From positions 1-37,108 of IMG/VR virus record IMGVR_UViG_3300027688_000009: a stretch of 37,108 bases of DNA. The stretch is one strand, 5' to 3'. The translations under genes and the position numbers were made by a program. The stretch's first letter is position 1; each line of letters opens with the position of its first letter. Positions 1 through 8,747 of the stretch are shown here, piece after piece. A model generated the notes under the pieces. The model searched no databases. It was given only the letters and a program-made list of their open reading frames with translations, and was not told the origin of the DNA. Origin of the DNA: a virus. Its lineage: Duplodnaviria; Caudoviricetes.

Positions 1-130
1 CTTCAGAGCATCAGTGACACTTTGCAGTAAATCAGCATCAATTACACCGCCAGTACCAAATGCATCTTTGTAAGCCTCTGACTCAAGTTGCTTCAACTGC
101 TTGTCATTGAGCTTGAATTGCTTTAAGACA
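1..130. repeat. Terminal direct repeat, left copy (circular assembly overlap)
   Basis: 1-130 equals 36979-37108 except C at 4 versus A at 36982. Confidence 0.97.
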
Positions 131-1059
131 TTACCCTCTTGACCGGCCAGTGTCTTTTGCATATCTGTCAGCACTGAGATGCGTAACTCTTCGGGACGGC
201 GCGTCAGAGATGACATAAGTGTCGTTGCTGGTTTACCGCCTTGAGCATACAAACCACGCACGGCTGCGAGCAAGGTTGAATTCTCAGCCATGATCTCTCC
301 GCGTGAAATGCGGTCAATAAGTTCATCTGTGGTTAGTCCAGTGTCCCCCGCCAAACGCTGTAATTCAGTTTCAACTACCTTTGCACCACGTCCACCGGTA
401 AGCCTACGCGCAAAGTCCATGACGCTGTTAGTCAGCATACCGCCACCAGTAATGAGTGTCTTTACAGCTGGCGCAACAATAGCGCCTGTGGTAACGCCAC
501 CAGGCACTCTTGATACCCTATCGTAGACATCACCTTCACCAGATAGAAACCCTGCTGTGCCACCATATAAACCGCCAATGGCAGATGTTGCAGCTAATCC
601 CCTGATAACAGGTGCAAGTGACATTGCCGCCTGCGGTACGGTTGCTGGCGCAGCTGTACCACCACTAGCCAATGTCACAGCGGCAGTTGGAAGTATTCCA
701 CCCAAAGCCTCATATCCAAGTGATTCAAATGGACGTTCTTTTTGATATGCCTTTGTCTTTGATCTGATGTCAGCCAATGCCGATTCATAATTCTCCCCGG
801 TCATGGAGCGCAGATAAGCCTCTGCCTCATCAGCACCTGTGACTGTTGCACCTTGCGCCATTGATCTCAAACGCTGAGTTGGTGCCGGAGGTTGTACAAC
901 GACAGGTATTGGTGCGACTTGAGGCGCAGTTTGCTGAGTAGGCAATCCACCGGCAACTTGTTTCAAAGCCTCCAGTTTTTCCATTGATAGCTTTGAGAAG
1001 TCACCCTTTTGAATGGCCTCCAGTTCGCTATAACTAAATTGACTCAGGTCATCGCTCAT
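1..1059 (-). CDS. 5' half of a ~674-aa ejection/internal virion-type protein spanning the circular junction (continues 36978..36013)
   Basis: Not in the ORF track. ATG at 1059 overlaps the previous stop (ATGA) and reads MSDDLSQFSYSELEAIQKGDF... The frame joins the 36013..37074 ORF through the terminal repeat. It has Gly/Ala-rich hydrophobic stretches typical of injected proteins. Confidence 0.85.
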   Translation of the reverse strand, partial: MSDDLSQFSYSELEAIQKGDFSKLSMEKLEALKQVAGGLPTQQTAPQVAPIPVVVQPPAPTQRLRSMAQGATVTGADEAEAYLRSMTGENYESALADIRSKTKAYQKERPFESLGYEALGGILPTAAVTLASGGTAAPATVPQAAMSLAPVIRGLAATSAIGGLYGGTAGFLSGEGDVYDRVSRVPGGVTTGAIVAPAVKTLITGGGMLTNSVMDFARRLTGGRGAKVVETELQRLAGDTGLTTDELIDRISRGEIMAENSTLLAAVRGLYAQGGKPATTLMSSLTRRPEELRISVLTDMQKTLAGQEGNVLKQFKLNDKQLKQLESEAYKDAFGTGGVIDADLLQSVTDALK

Positions 1060-2876
1060 TTTGTTCCTCCAGCAGCTTTACGCTTATCAATTTCTATTTG
1101 TACCGCATTTTGGAATTGATTTGGAGCTTGTTGTCCATATGGTTGTACTTCATACATTGGAGCAATTGGTGCAAGATCAGGTATTGCCTTAACAGCAGTT
1201 TGCAAATATTGCTGATGGCCGGAAACCCTTGCTCTTGCTGAACGCTGTGCCGCCATAAGACCTTGCTGCAACTCTCCTGCTGTTAGGCTTTGATCTCCAC
1301 CAGCAGCGCGGCGCAGAATTGCTCGCTCACCTTCAGTTAAAGCACCTTGACCCTTCATTTGTTCTGCCGCTGCAAGTTCCTGCTGCGCTAATCCCTGAAC
1401 AACAATTGCTGTATTTCTAAGAATTTGATCTGCATTTTCTCCAGCAATATTTAATTGCTTTCCAATTCTTAGAAGAGTTGTTCTTTGATCTGCGGCTGGC
1501 CCAACAATAGCAGTGTCAAGTGCAGGCAATATTCTTTCAATATTTTGCAATGTGCTATTTGCTGATCGGGCAGTATCTGCTGATAATGTCAACTGTTTAA
1601 TGGCATTTTCATACGCAAGTTCAACGCCTTTCTTTTGCGCGTTTTGTGTCACTGTTAACTGAGTTGCGGAAGAACGGCGCAAAGCCTTGACGTTTTCCAA
1701 TGTGATTGGTGTATTTGTTGCCTTGAGCAATTGAATCTCGTTTGGCAAAGCCTCTGGCTTATCCAACTGGCGCAAATTATCAAGCGTAATTGGCATATTC
1801 AATGCCTTCAAATACTTAATCTTCTCTGGATCAGCCTCTGGCTTTTCAAGCAGGCGCAGATTCTCCAGCGTAGGTTTCATTCCAAGTTCAGCCAACAGCT
1901 TGGCTTTCTCTGTTGGCTGAGTCAGTTTCAGCATCTCAGGAATACCCTTGTCTGCCGGCAATGCAGCCAACATAGCGCGTTGCATTGGTGACAATACTGA
2001 TGCGCCACCAGTTGCAGTGCCATCAGACGGCATCGGCTGGCCGATCATTGCAGCACGTTCAACGGTTGGACCAACTTGCATACCTGGCACTGACAAAGCC
2101 TGCTGTGGCGTGATCTCAGTACCAGCGGTAGGCTGACCCACCAAGAAGTTCTGATATGCCAGTTGCTGCGCCTGAGCGCGCTTGTACTCATCCAGCTTCT
2201 GCCTAGTCAACAGCTGCTGAATAGCACCCTGCTGCGCCTGCTGATAACCGGCTGTGCCAGCACCGTATGCCTCACCCAATGCCTCACCTAAAGAGATTGG
2301 CGTGGTTCTTACACCGCTTGATTTAAGCAGCGACATAGCGGCCTGCATCATGGCCTGATTCTGCATAGCCTTTTGCTGCTTAGAAGTCAGGTAGTCTTCC
2401 ATGCCATCACCTCCACCGCCAAACAACAGGCCGCCGAGGTTATCCATAAAGCTAGTGTTTGTTTGTGTATCTGCCATTTGGGGTCTCACAAAAGGGTTAA
2501 TTTCAATTGGTGATTTTGCAATGCGTTCATCAAGCGCTTGTATTCTTCTATCGCGGTCACTCACAAAAGGGTTAATTTGAATTGGAAAATTTTCAATGCG
2601 CTGTTCAATTGCTTGTCTTGTTTTATCGCTGTTACTGACGTTGGGTTCAATATCCAATACAACTCCACCTCCAAAGGTTTGCGGTGTAAATTCTGCTTGA
2701 TTGATTGGTAGTGGCATTAAAGGCTCTGGAGGAAAAAGCAAAGGTGAATAATTACGAGGATTAATTTGCGCACCCTGACCAAGCCAAGGATAAATATCTC
2801 CGGACATGTATTCGCCATACATGTCAGATGGCCTAACACCAGGATACCAGTACTCTTCTTGCACACTTCTTGCCAT
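1056..2876 (-). CDS. Ejection/internal virion-type protein, 606 aa
   Basis: Q/A/G-rich helical composition and position downstream of the gp10-like tail gene. There is a possible ancestral start at 2477 (MADTQ...). Confidence 0.7.
   Translation of the reverse strand: MARSVQEEYWYPGVRPSDMYGEYMSGDIYPWLGQGAQINPRNYSPLLFPPEPLMPLPINQAEFTPQTFGGGVVLDIEPNVSNSDKTRQAIEQRIENFPIQINPFVSDRDRRIQALDERIAKSPIEINPFVRPQMADTQTNTSFMDNLGGLLFGGGGDGMEDYLTSKQQKAMQNQAMMQAAMSLLKSSGVRTTPISLGEALGEAYGAGTAGYQQAQQGAIQQLLTRQKLDEYKRAQAQQLAYQNFLVGQPTAGTEITPQQALSVPGMQVGPTVERAAMIGQPMPSDGTATGGASVLSPMQRAMLAALPADKGIPEMLKLTQPTEKAKLLAELGMKPTLENLRLLEKPEADPEKIKYLKALNMPITLDNLRQLDKPEALPNEIQLLKATNTPITLENVKALRRSSATQLTVTQNAQKKGVELAYENAIKQLTLSADTARSANSTLQNIERILPALDTAIVGPAADQRTTLLRIGKQLNIAGENADQILRNTAIVVQGLAQQELAAAEQMKGQGALTEGERAILRRAAGGDQSLTAGELQQGLMAAQRSARARVSGHQQYLQTAVKAIPDLAPIAPMYEVQPYGQQAPNQFQNAVQIEIDKRKAAGGTK
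1670..1918 (-). repeat. Three ~28-aa (84-bp) tandem coding repeats
   Basis: PTEKAKLLAELGMKPTLENLRLLEKP / EADPEKIKYLKALNMPITLDNLRQLDKP / EALPNEIQLLKATNTPITLENVKALRRS; boundaries approximate. Confidence 0.85.
2485..2634 (-). repeat. Two 75-bp (25-aa) tandem coding repeats
   Basis: CTCACAAAAGGGTTAATTT(C/G)AATTGG at 2485 and 2560; protein RIENFPIQINPFV / RIAKSPIEINPFV. Confidence 0.85.
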
Positions 2877-2884
2877 TTTTCACC

Positions 2885-3250
2885 TCATCCAAGTAAGCCG
2901 GTCACACCGTACATTTTCATCAACTGCTCGTAGGTCAGATTGCTACCACCTGGCAGCTGCGGCATCACCATACCAGCAGACTTCTCTTTTCCCATCTCTA
3001 GTAGAGACAGTGCAGCACCAACATTCATGCCTGGATTTGCAGCAGGCATCTGTCCGAATGATGCTGGTGGATTGATACCTGTACCCGCATCAGTCATAAA
3101 TTGGTTTTTTGGCATTGCCAAGTCACCCATACCAAGGTTTAGACTTGGTTGAGTGCTAGACATCATTTGAGCATTGAACCCCTCATCAATCATCGGCTTA
3201 CGCAAGCCACCGGCAGGATTCTTTTGTTGAAAATAGTCGAAGTAGTTCAT
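2885..3250 (-). CDS. Hypothetical Met/Gly/Pro-rich protein in the ejection module, 121 aa
   Basis: Coupled to the upstream gene by an ATGA overlap; ends in ...GVTGLLG. Confidence 0.75.
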   Translation of the reverse strand: MNYFDYFQQKNPAGGLRKPMIDEGFNAQMMSSTQPSLNLGMGDLAMPKNQFMTDAGTGINPPASFGQMPAANPGMNVGAALSLLEMGKEKSAGMVMPQLPGGSNLTYEQLMKMYGVTGLLG

Positions 3251-3981
3251 CCGAATGCTCCTAACAAACCACCGGCAGCTGCTGCATATGGATTACCACC
3301 GCTAAGTTGAAATCCAGTCAATGCACCGCCCAAGGCACCAGCACCGACATTGCGCGAGGTAGGTTGAGTCATTGTCTGACCAAGGTTTGCTGGCTGCGCT
3401 GAAATAGCCGCCTGAGTGATACCAAGACGCTGCAACTCAAGATTTCTAGCCGCATCAAGTCGCTGCTGCGCCAGTGACTGTCGGCCTAAGCCTAAGTTCA
3501 TGGCGGTCTGATAACCCTGCTGATTTATGGCGCGTGCAGCCTGAGCGCGTGCAGCTGATTGATCGTACCCAGAAGAGCGCAACTGAGCAGCTGTCCTAGC
3601 CGCAGTCTTCAGCGCAGCCTCATTGGTGAGTGCTGACTGCACGCCTTGGCGTGAGCCGCCAAAGGCTTTTGCGGCAGTGGCCTGCTGTGAATCTCTTAAA
3701 GCTGCCATCTGACGCGCCTCTTCAATATCCCTCAGCGATGTCTGCACAACATCTTGCTCATAAGGATTCTGAAACGCCATGATGTCTTCGGCACCAAAGG
3801 GCTTCATGCTGGCTTCGTAGGCTGCTTTTTCAGCAGACTGATACATAGGATCGAAACCAGCAAACTCCTGTAAGCCAAGATTGCCAGCTGCTGTTTCAGC
3901 TTTACCTACTTGCTGTAAGTACTTGGCCTTGATATCAGGATCAATTTCTGTTGTACTCTTTTGTGAACCGCCTTTAGACAT
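3247..3981 (-). CDS. Pilot/ejection-type protein, 244 aa
   Basis: MSKGGSQ..TT N-terminus, AFGGSR motif, Q/A-rich helix and Gly-rich hydrophobic C-terminus, as seen in podovirus DNA-transfer proteins. Confidence 0.7.
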   Translation of the reverse strand: MSKGGSQKSTTEIDPDIKAKYLQQVGKAETAAGNLGLQEFAGFDPMYQSAEKAAYEASMKPFGAEDIMAFQNPYEQDVVQTSLRDIEEARQMAALRDSQQATAAKAFGGSRQGVQSALTNEAALKTAARTAAQLRSSGYDQSAARAQAARAINQQGYQTAMNLGLGRQSLAQQRLDAARNLELQRLGITQAAISAQPANLGQTMTQPTSRNVGAGALGGALTGFQLSGGNPYAAAAGGLLGAFG

Positions 3982-3991
3982 ACATTACCCC

Positions 3992-4963
3992 TTAAACCGT
4001 TTGACCATTCTCACGAATGAATTGTGTATCAGTGCCAAGCACATTAAACACCTTCATCCAGAATTTTTCCACTGGCTTGAAAAGCCAGCCATGTTTATTC
4101 TGACCGTAGTGCCACTTCCCATAGGACACTAGCGGATCAGCAAATGTTTTTGCCACCATGAATTTGAACAGCTTTGACTCACGCATCAGCGGAACAAATA
4201 CTTCGGCCAGCTTGTAGTAACCGCGCTTGTTTTGCTCGGTAATCTTCTCATCGCGGTATCGGCGCACCACGGTGTCCATAGTGCCGTCACCATATCTGGC
4301 CTCCAGCATGATGAAGCAGCAACCAGCACCTGAACCACCTGAACCGCCGCTGCCGCCTGCACTCATACCGCCAACAGATGCATTACCAGCAACACCGGTT
4401 GATCCTGATGTTGTGGCTCCAGAGCCGACACCTATTCCAGTTCCAGATGAACCGCCACCGCCGCCATCACCACCGCGGCCACCACCGCCAGCATTCATGC
4501 CGCCTTCGCCAGAGCCTGAGTTGGATGCAGATTGACCTGACGGTCCAGTTGCAGTCATTCCCATGCCTGACATACCGCTGGCGGCAGTACCGCCAAAGCC
4601 AACACCAGTACCTGGTGCGCCAGGCGTACTGCCAATTCCAATGCCCAGCCCATTTGGGCCAAGCAATGCCTGCAATACTTGTATAGCAATTGGCGGTTGC
4701 GACAGAAATGCCATTACTGCCTTACCAATAGACTCACCAGTAGTTCCAAGGCTTTGTGCATTTGCTTCGCCTTGCGCCGCCTGTGCCGCAAATGCAGCAT
4801 CACTCATTGAGCCAGTACCACTGCCAGCAGGTAAATTTGATAATCTTGGATCAATAGCGAGTAAGTTAGCAGGCTGCTCAATAACATCCTGTTTCATTGC
4901 TTGTATAGTGGCAGCCGGATTAGAAATATCCAGTAAGCCATTCGGTAATTGTTTATATGCCAT
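3992..4963 (-). CDS. Gly/Ser-rich virion-associated protein with C-terminal CFI-box-CTERM-like domain, 323 aa
   Basis: Long G/S/T linker followed by GCCFIMLEARYG...VVRRYRD...RGYYKLA..FVP. Confidence 0.65.
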   Translation of the reverse strand: MAYKQLPNGLLDISNPAATIQAMKQDVIEQPANLLAIDPRLSNLPAGSGTGSMSDAAFAAQAAQGEANAQSLGTTGESIGKAVMAFLSQPPIAIQVLQALLGPNGLGIGIGSTPGAPGTGVGFGGTAASGMSGMGMTATGPSGQSASNSGSGEGGMNAGGGGRGGDGGGGGSSGTGIGVGSGATTSGSTGVAGNASVGGMSAGGSGGSGGSGAGCCFIMLEARYGDGTMDTVVRRYRDEKITEQNKRGYYKLAEVFVPLMRESKLFKFMVAKTFADPLVSYGKWHYGQNKHGWLFKPVEKFWMKVFNVLGTDTQFIRENGQTV

Positions 4964-5332
4964 CTACAAGTCCTTGCACAAGATGAACCACTTCGGTTCG
5001 TATCCTTCACCTTTCAAGAATGTTCTCTCCCAGCCTTTACGGCCAGCGAGAGACACTCGGCTGCAACCTATCTCCTTCCCCCATGATTCGATAATAGGTC
5101 GCATCAATCGGAGTTCATCTAGGTCGCCGCCAGCAAGGAAGTAGTGCAAGTCCTTTAACTGCGGGTAGACAATGATCTCGGTAACCACCACTGAATTCTT
5201 GCTAGGCCAGAGTTGAAACTGTCCCCGCCTGATCCCTTCAGCAATGTCCTCAACTTTATGAGTGCCGCCAGAGTATTCTAAGGCTGCGGCCACATGATGG
5301 CGCAGTCTCTCAAACTCTGCCTCTTCGCTCAA
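4964..5332 (-). CDS. Putative GNAT-like fold virion assembly protein (positional analogue of T7 gp13), 122 aa
   Basis: Lies between the tail protein and ejection genes; motif GC..V.L.GRKGW.R. Confidence 0.55.
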   Translation of the reverse strand: MSEEAEFERLRHHVAAALEYSGGTHKVEDIAEGIRRGQFQLWPSKNSVVVTEIIVYPQLKDLHYFLAGGDLDELRLMRPIIESWGKEIGCSRVSLAGRKGWERTFLKGEGYEPKWFILCKDL

Positions 5333-6810
5333 CGCTTACCTGCCGCCACCGCATCAATCCGGTTGACACCAACCCGCCAATCTTGCAGCACGGCACCGGT
5401 ATATATGATCTTCACCTGACGGCCAGAGAACCGGACATCAGTCGGAATTGCTGCCGAGTACGGCCCATGGGTGTACTCAGTGTCCATCGGATAAAAGCGC
5501 GTCTTGAACGAAATCTGCACCTCGCCAAGCGTTTGCTCATCTGGAATAACTTGGCGCACAGACATGATGTTGTCACCGTTGCCAATCTCAAATGGGCCAG
5601 ACTCAGCGTAGACAATGCCACCGTCATAGGCATAGCCAACTTCATGCTCGTAGATATAGCCTGATGCGTCCACCATAGTTGGATTGGTGAACACGCCTCG
5701 GTCAGTTCCAGCCGTGCGTCCCATCACGCCAATATTCCATGTAGATTCACGATAGTTGAAAACTACATAGCTGTCATTCTCATTGCTGGCGCTGGATGGG
5801 TAGAACCACCAGACCTCACCATACTTGCTGTTATGGACAGCGTAAACCTTGCTGGCCTGGTTGTAGTTCAGATTCTGGAAAACGTAGTCAGAGACATCGC
5901 AAGGCATAGGCTTGACGTAACCATCAAATGTCCAAAATCCTGATTGACTCATCCACATAGCGGCAGAATCAATGGCGGCCACAGCCTGACTTGATATCAC
6001 GCCACAGCCTGATCCGGCACGCTCAAAGGCATAGACATAGGGTAGGCCGACATAAGTCGCCGTGTGGACATCGACATCAGTAAACAGCAAATTGATGCCC
6101 CTGACGCGCTTTCCACACTTCAGTGAGCCACTGCTGTTAATCTCAAAGTCACCGGCCTGATTAAGAGCTGATGCTGTCCAGGTTGTGTTGTCTTCCTGAT
6201 CTGACCACTTCACCAAGCGGCCATTGCTGGAGGCACCAAGCGCAAACAGGAATCGCTCGGCAGTAGAGAGCAGGGCAGCGCATCCAGTTGGGGCGTTGGT
6301 AATCACAGCGGCCAGCGTAGGCGTTGTGAATCCCAGCTGCCACTCATACAGCTTGCCGTCAGTATCTGAGCAGGCCACCAGATACTCACCCCATGTATCC
6401 AGACTCCAAGTAGTGGCTGGCGCAATTGCACCGGTATCAGGACGTGCAACGCCATAGGCAAACGATCCATAAGTGTTGTATCCATAGCCTGTACCGCTGA
6501 CGGCACTGGCGCGTCCTGCGGTGAATCCGGTAGGTGTAATGTCTTTCAGTACCGCGTTTTCATCCATGATGTACAGCTTGGAATGCGTACCCATGGCAAT
6601 GTATCGGCCACCAGAATTTGATCTCCAAGTCAAAATTCCACGGCATGATCCGGTCATTGCTGTCTCTGACTTCTTGCGCCAGCCGCCAATAGGACGTAAG
6701 GTGTTTTCGTACCAGCGCACAAGGTTTGCGTCAAACCAGCGCCCCATAGACTGATACTCAGTGCCGTTGCGGTATACGCCTGGTGGAATTTTTAAGGGTA
6801 TGAGTGCCAT
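5329..6810 (-). CDS. Tail hub/nozzle protein (P22 gp10 / tail tubular B-like), 493 aa
   Basis: Beta-rich aromatic sequence with VKWSDQED and VWWFYPS motifs; size and position fit. Confidence 0.75.
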   Translation of the reverse strand: MALIPLKIPPGVYRNGTEYQSMGRWFDANLVRWYENTLRPIGGWRKKSETAMTGSCRGILTWRSNSGGRYIAMGTHSKLYIMDENAVLKDITPTGFTAGRASAVSGTGYGYNTYGSFAYGVARPDTGAIAPATTWSLDTWGEYLVACSDTDGKLYEWQLGFTTPTLAAVITNAPTGCAALLSTAERFLFALGASSNGRLVKWSDQEDNTTWTASALNQAGDFEINSSGSLKCGKRVRGINLLFTDVDVHTATYVGLPYVYAFERAGSGCGVISSQAVAAIDSAAMWMSQSGFWTFDGYVKPMPCDVSDYVFQNLNYNQASKVYAVHNSKYGEVWWFYPSSASNENDSYVVFNYRESTWNIGVMGRTAGTDRGVFTNPTMVDASGYIYEHEVGYAYDGGIVYAESGPFEIGNGDNIMSVRQVIPDEQTLGEVQISFKTRFYPMDTEYTHGPYSAAIPTDVRFSGRQVKIIYTGAVLQDWRVGVNRIDAVAAGKR

Positions 6811-6817
6811 GGCTTGA

Positions 6818-7483
6818 TTATGCGGTTTCTGTTGACAGATTTGACACGAATGTGAGAGTGGCGATCACTGACGGCACTACTGGCCTAGTCGGTGAACTGC
6901 TGGCCGCGTAGTGTTCAATCTGCACGCCAACATCTGTTGGCCGCCACATGATCTCCACATAGTCATTGGCCGCCAGACTTACAAAGAAGTTCAGTGTGGC
7001 AACAATGTGGAATGGGTCGCCAGGGGATTTCCTTGCCGCGAAGCCAAATCTGCTGTTTGACTTGTCAATGTTTGTTCCGTTCTTGCGAAACCACACATCC
7101 ACATCTTGAGGTGCATTGGTGCTATTGGTCAGCTGAATGCTGAATTGAATGTTATAGATGCCAGCCTGCGCTACATTTAGCCTTGACGAGTTAGACAAGG
7201 TCACGCCATTACTAAGGTCAGTGGTGTCAAATGTGACGGCATAGGCCGTTGTGGTGTTGGCCGCAACCTGATCTGTGCCATCCTGAAACGCGCCATAGGG
7301 GCTGTTGATCCACTTGCCACCACGCGGCCCGAATAGCGCAGCAAACAGCGCCGTCAGGCTGCTGAAGTACCGATTAAGCGCACCGAATGACTGAGACTGA
7401 AACCTCTCATCGTATGACGCACCAGGCGAGCCAATGTTCGGTGGCGCTGGTGTCGTGATCTGCTGATAGAGGTTTGTTGCCAT
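6818..7483 (-). CDS. Tail-associated protein with C1q/TNF-like beta-sandwich C-terminus, 221 aa
   Basis: AGIYNIQFSIQL...W.RKNG...LAANDYVEIMW pattern after a short N-terminal helix. Confidence 0.6.
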   Translation of the reverse strand: MATNLYQQITTPAPPNIGSPGASYDERFQSQSFGALNRYFSSLTALFAALFGPRGGKWINSPYGAFQDGTDQVAANTTTAYAVTFDTTDLSNGVTLSNSSRLNVAQAGIYNIQFSIQLTNSTNAPQDVDVWFRKNGTNIDKSNSRFGFAARKSPGDPFHIVATLNFFVSLAANDYVEIMWRPTDVGVQIEHYAASSSPTRPVVPSVIATLTFVSNLSTETA

Positions 7484-7486
7484 GGA

Positions 7487-7954
7487 TTAAGCCACCAAGC
7501 CGTTCAAGTAGGTAGTCTTACCGGCAACCTTGGTGGCGGTGAGTGACTGTGCCTTAAGGTTTGATGGTGAATATGAGCAATGCACCCACCCCGCATTTGG
7601 ATCACCGCCTGGGATATAAAATTCCAAGATCAATTGCGTGTACTTGAGATTACTTTCAATCCACGCTGCCAACTCAGGATTTGGTACGCCATCAATCTCA
7701 AAATCGCAGGCTTGACCCTTGCAATGGTCTGAAGTGGCCGATCCACCCGCCGCCTGGTTCAAAGCACTACATCTGAACCCAGATGAAATCTTCACTGGCT
7801 TGCCAAAGTGATCACGCACTGGCTGTAGGATGTTCTCGCAAAGCAAACGCAATGACTCTATTTGTTCTTGATTTGGCGTATTGTCAATGTCCATGCGTAT
7901 AGCAGTCTCAGACTTGGTTAGTTCATTCAAGGTGAAGTTCTTGGATAAGTTCAT
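7487..7954 (-). CDS. Endolysin, peptidase M15A family, 155 aa
   Basis: LS.NFTL.E, ISSGFR, SDHCKGQACD (Zn ligands H, D) and WVH motifs. Confidence 0.9.
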   Translation of the reverse strand: MNLSKNFTLNELTKSETAIRMDIDNTPNQEQIESLRLLCENILQPVRDHFGKPVKISSGFRCSALNQAAGGSATSDHCKGQACDFEIDGVPNPELAAWIESNLKYTQLILEFYIPGGDPNAGWVHCSYSPSNLKAQSLTATKVAGKTTYLNGLVA

Positions 7955-8424
7955 TTTGCAGTCCTCATGGTTTCGTAGGTTTCAATGCAGGCGTTGAGTT
8001 TTCGGATGGCGGCATCTCCTTCGGCGGCGATGGCGACAAGATCATCAGCAGTCTTTCGGTCAAGTTCGGCTGATGCTGTTCCGCTGTGATATCCACCGGC
8101 AGTGGCGGTATCTGTGGCGGCTGATACGGCGCACTCGGCGGCTTTGACAGGAATGAACAGCTTGCGTTCACCACTAGCAATATCAGCACGCAGCTTTGTC
8201 TCTTTAACCTTTGCAACATTATTCGCCTTTCGTAATGTGTCACCGTAACTCTGCGCCATCGCTGCCATAGCCTTCTCAGTCTCCCTGGCCTTGGCGTTCA
8301 ATGCGGCAATCTCAACTTGCTGGCGCACATTCTCATCATGCTTGCCCTTGGAGTATCCACCGGCAGCGGCAGATAACATCGCCAATACAAAGCCGAGGAT
8401 CACCCAAGGGTTGAAGATACTCAT
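7951..8424 (-). CDS. Inner-membrane spanin (Rz-like), 157 aa
   Basis: N-terminal TM helix, coiled coil and C-terminal LNACI..Y; adjacent to the endolysin. Confidence 0.85.
   Translation of the reverse strand: MSIFNPWVILGFVLAMLSAAAGGYSKGKHDENVRQQVEIAALNAKARETEKAMAAMAQSYGDTLRKANNVAKVKETKLRADIASGERKLFIPVKAAECAVSAATDTATAGGYHSGTASAELDRKTADDLVAIAAEGDAAIRKLNACIETYETMRTAK
7965..8219 (-). CDS. Outer-membrane spanin lipoprotein (Rz1-like) embedded in Rz, 84 aa
   Basis: Alternative frame fully inside Rz. MLQRLKRQ basic n-region, hydrophobic h-region, lipobox-like NASC (Cys21), Pro-rich mature part. Confidence 0.8.
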   Translation of the reverse strand: MLQRLKRQSCVLILLVVNASCSFLSKPPSAPYQPPQIPPLPVDITAEQHQPNLTERLLMILSPSPPKEMPPSENSTPALKPTKP

Positions 8425-8747
8425 CCTTCAGCCTTGCCTCGGATATACGCCTGTGCCGCCATAAAAGCCACCACAATCGTACCCATGGCGGCGCAGTAGG
8501 TAGTCGCCAGACCGTTCAAAGCGTTGACCTTCTCCAGCGTCACAAGTTCGGATGCCATGTACGCAATGATGAAAGGAGGCGCAACCAAAGCAGCCCACGC
8601 CATAACGCGCTGCTGATCTTGCATTTTGTCCAAATTGTCGATCATTAAAATTCGCTCAGACCGAGCCAGTTCAGAGTCAGTGACAACGCCGTCACCGTCT
8701 GAATCAAATTGGTTGTAAGTCGAATTCTTTTCAAGCTGCTTAGTCAT
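8421..8747 (-). CDS. Holin-like 2-TM protein with N-terminal EF-hand-like loop, 108 aa
   Basis: Two hydrophobic segments; DSDGDGVVTDSE at residues 15-26; lysis cassette position. Confidence 0.6.
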   Translation of the reverse strand: MTKQLEKNSTYNQFDSDGDGVVTDSELARSERILMIDNLDKMQDQQRVMAWAALVAPPFIIAYMASELVTLEKVNALNGLATTYCAAMGTIVVAFMAAQAYIRGKAEG

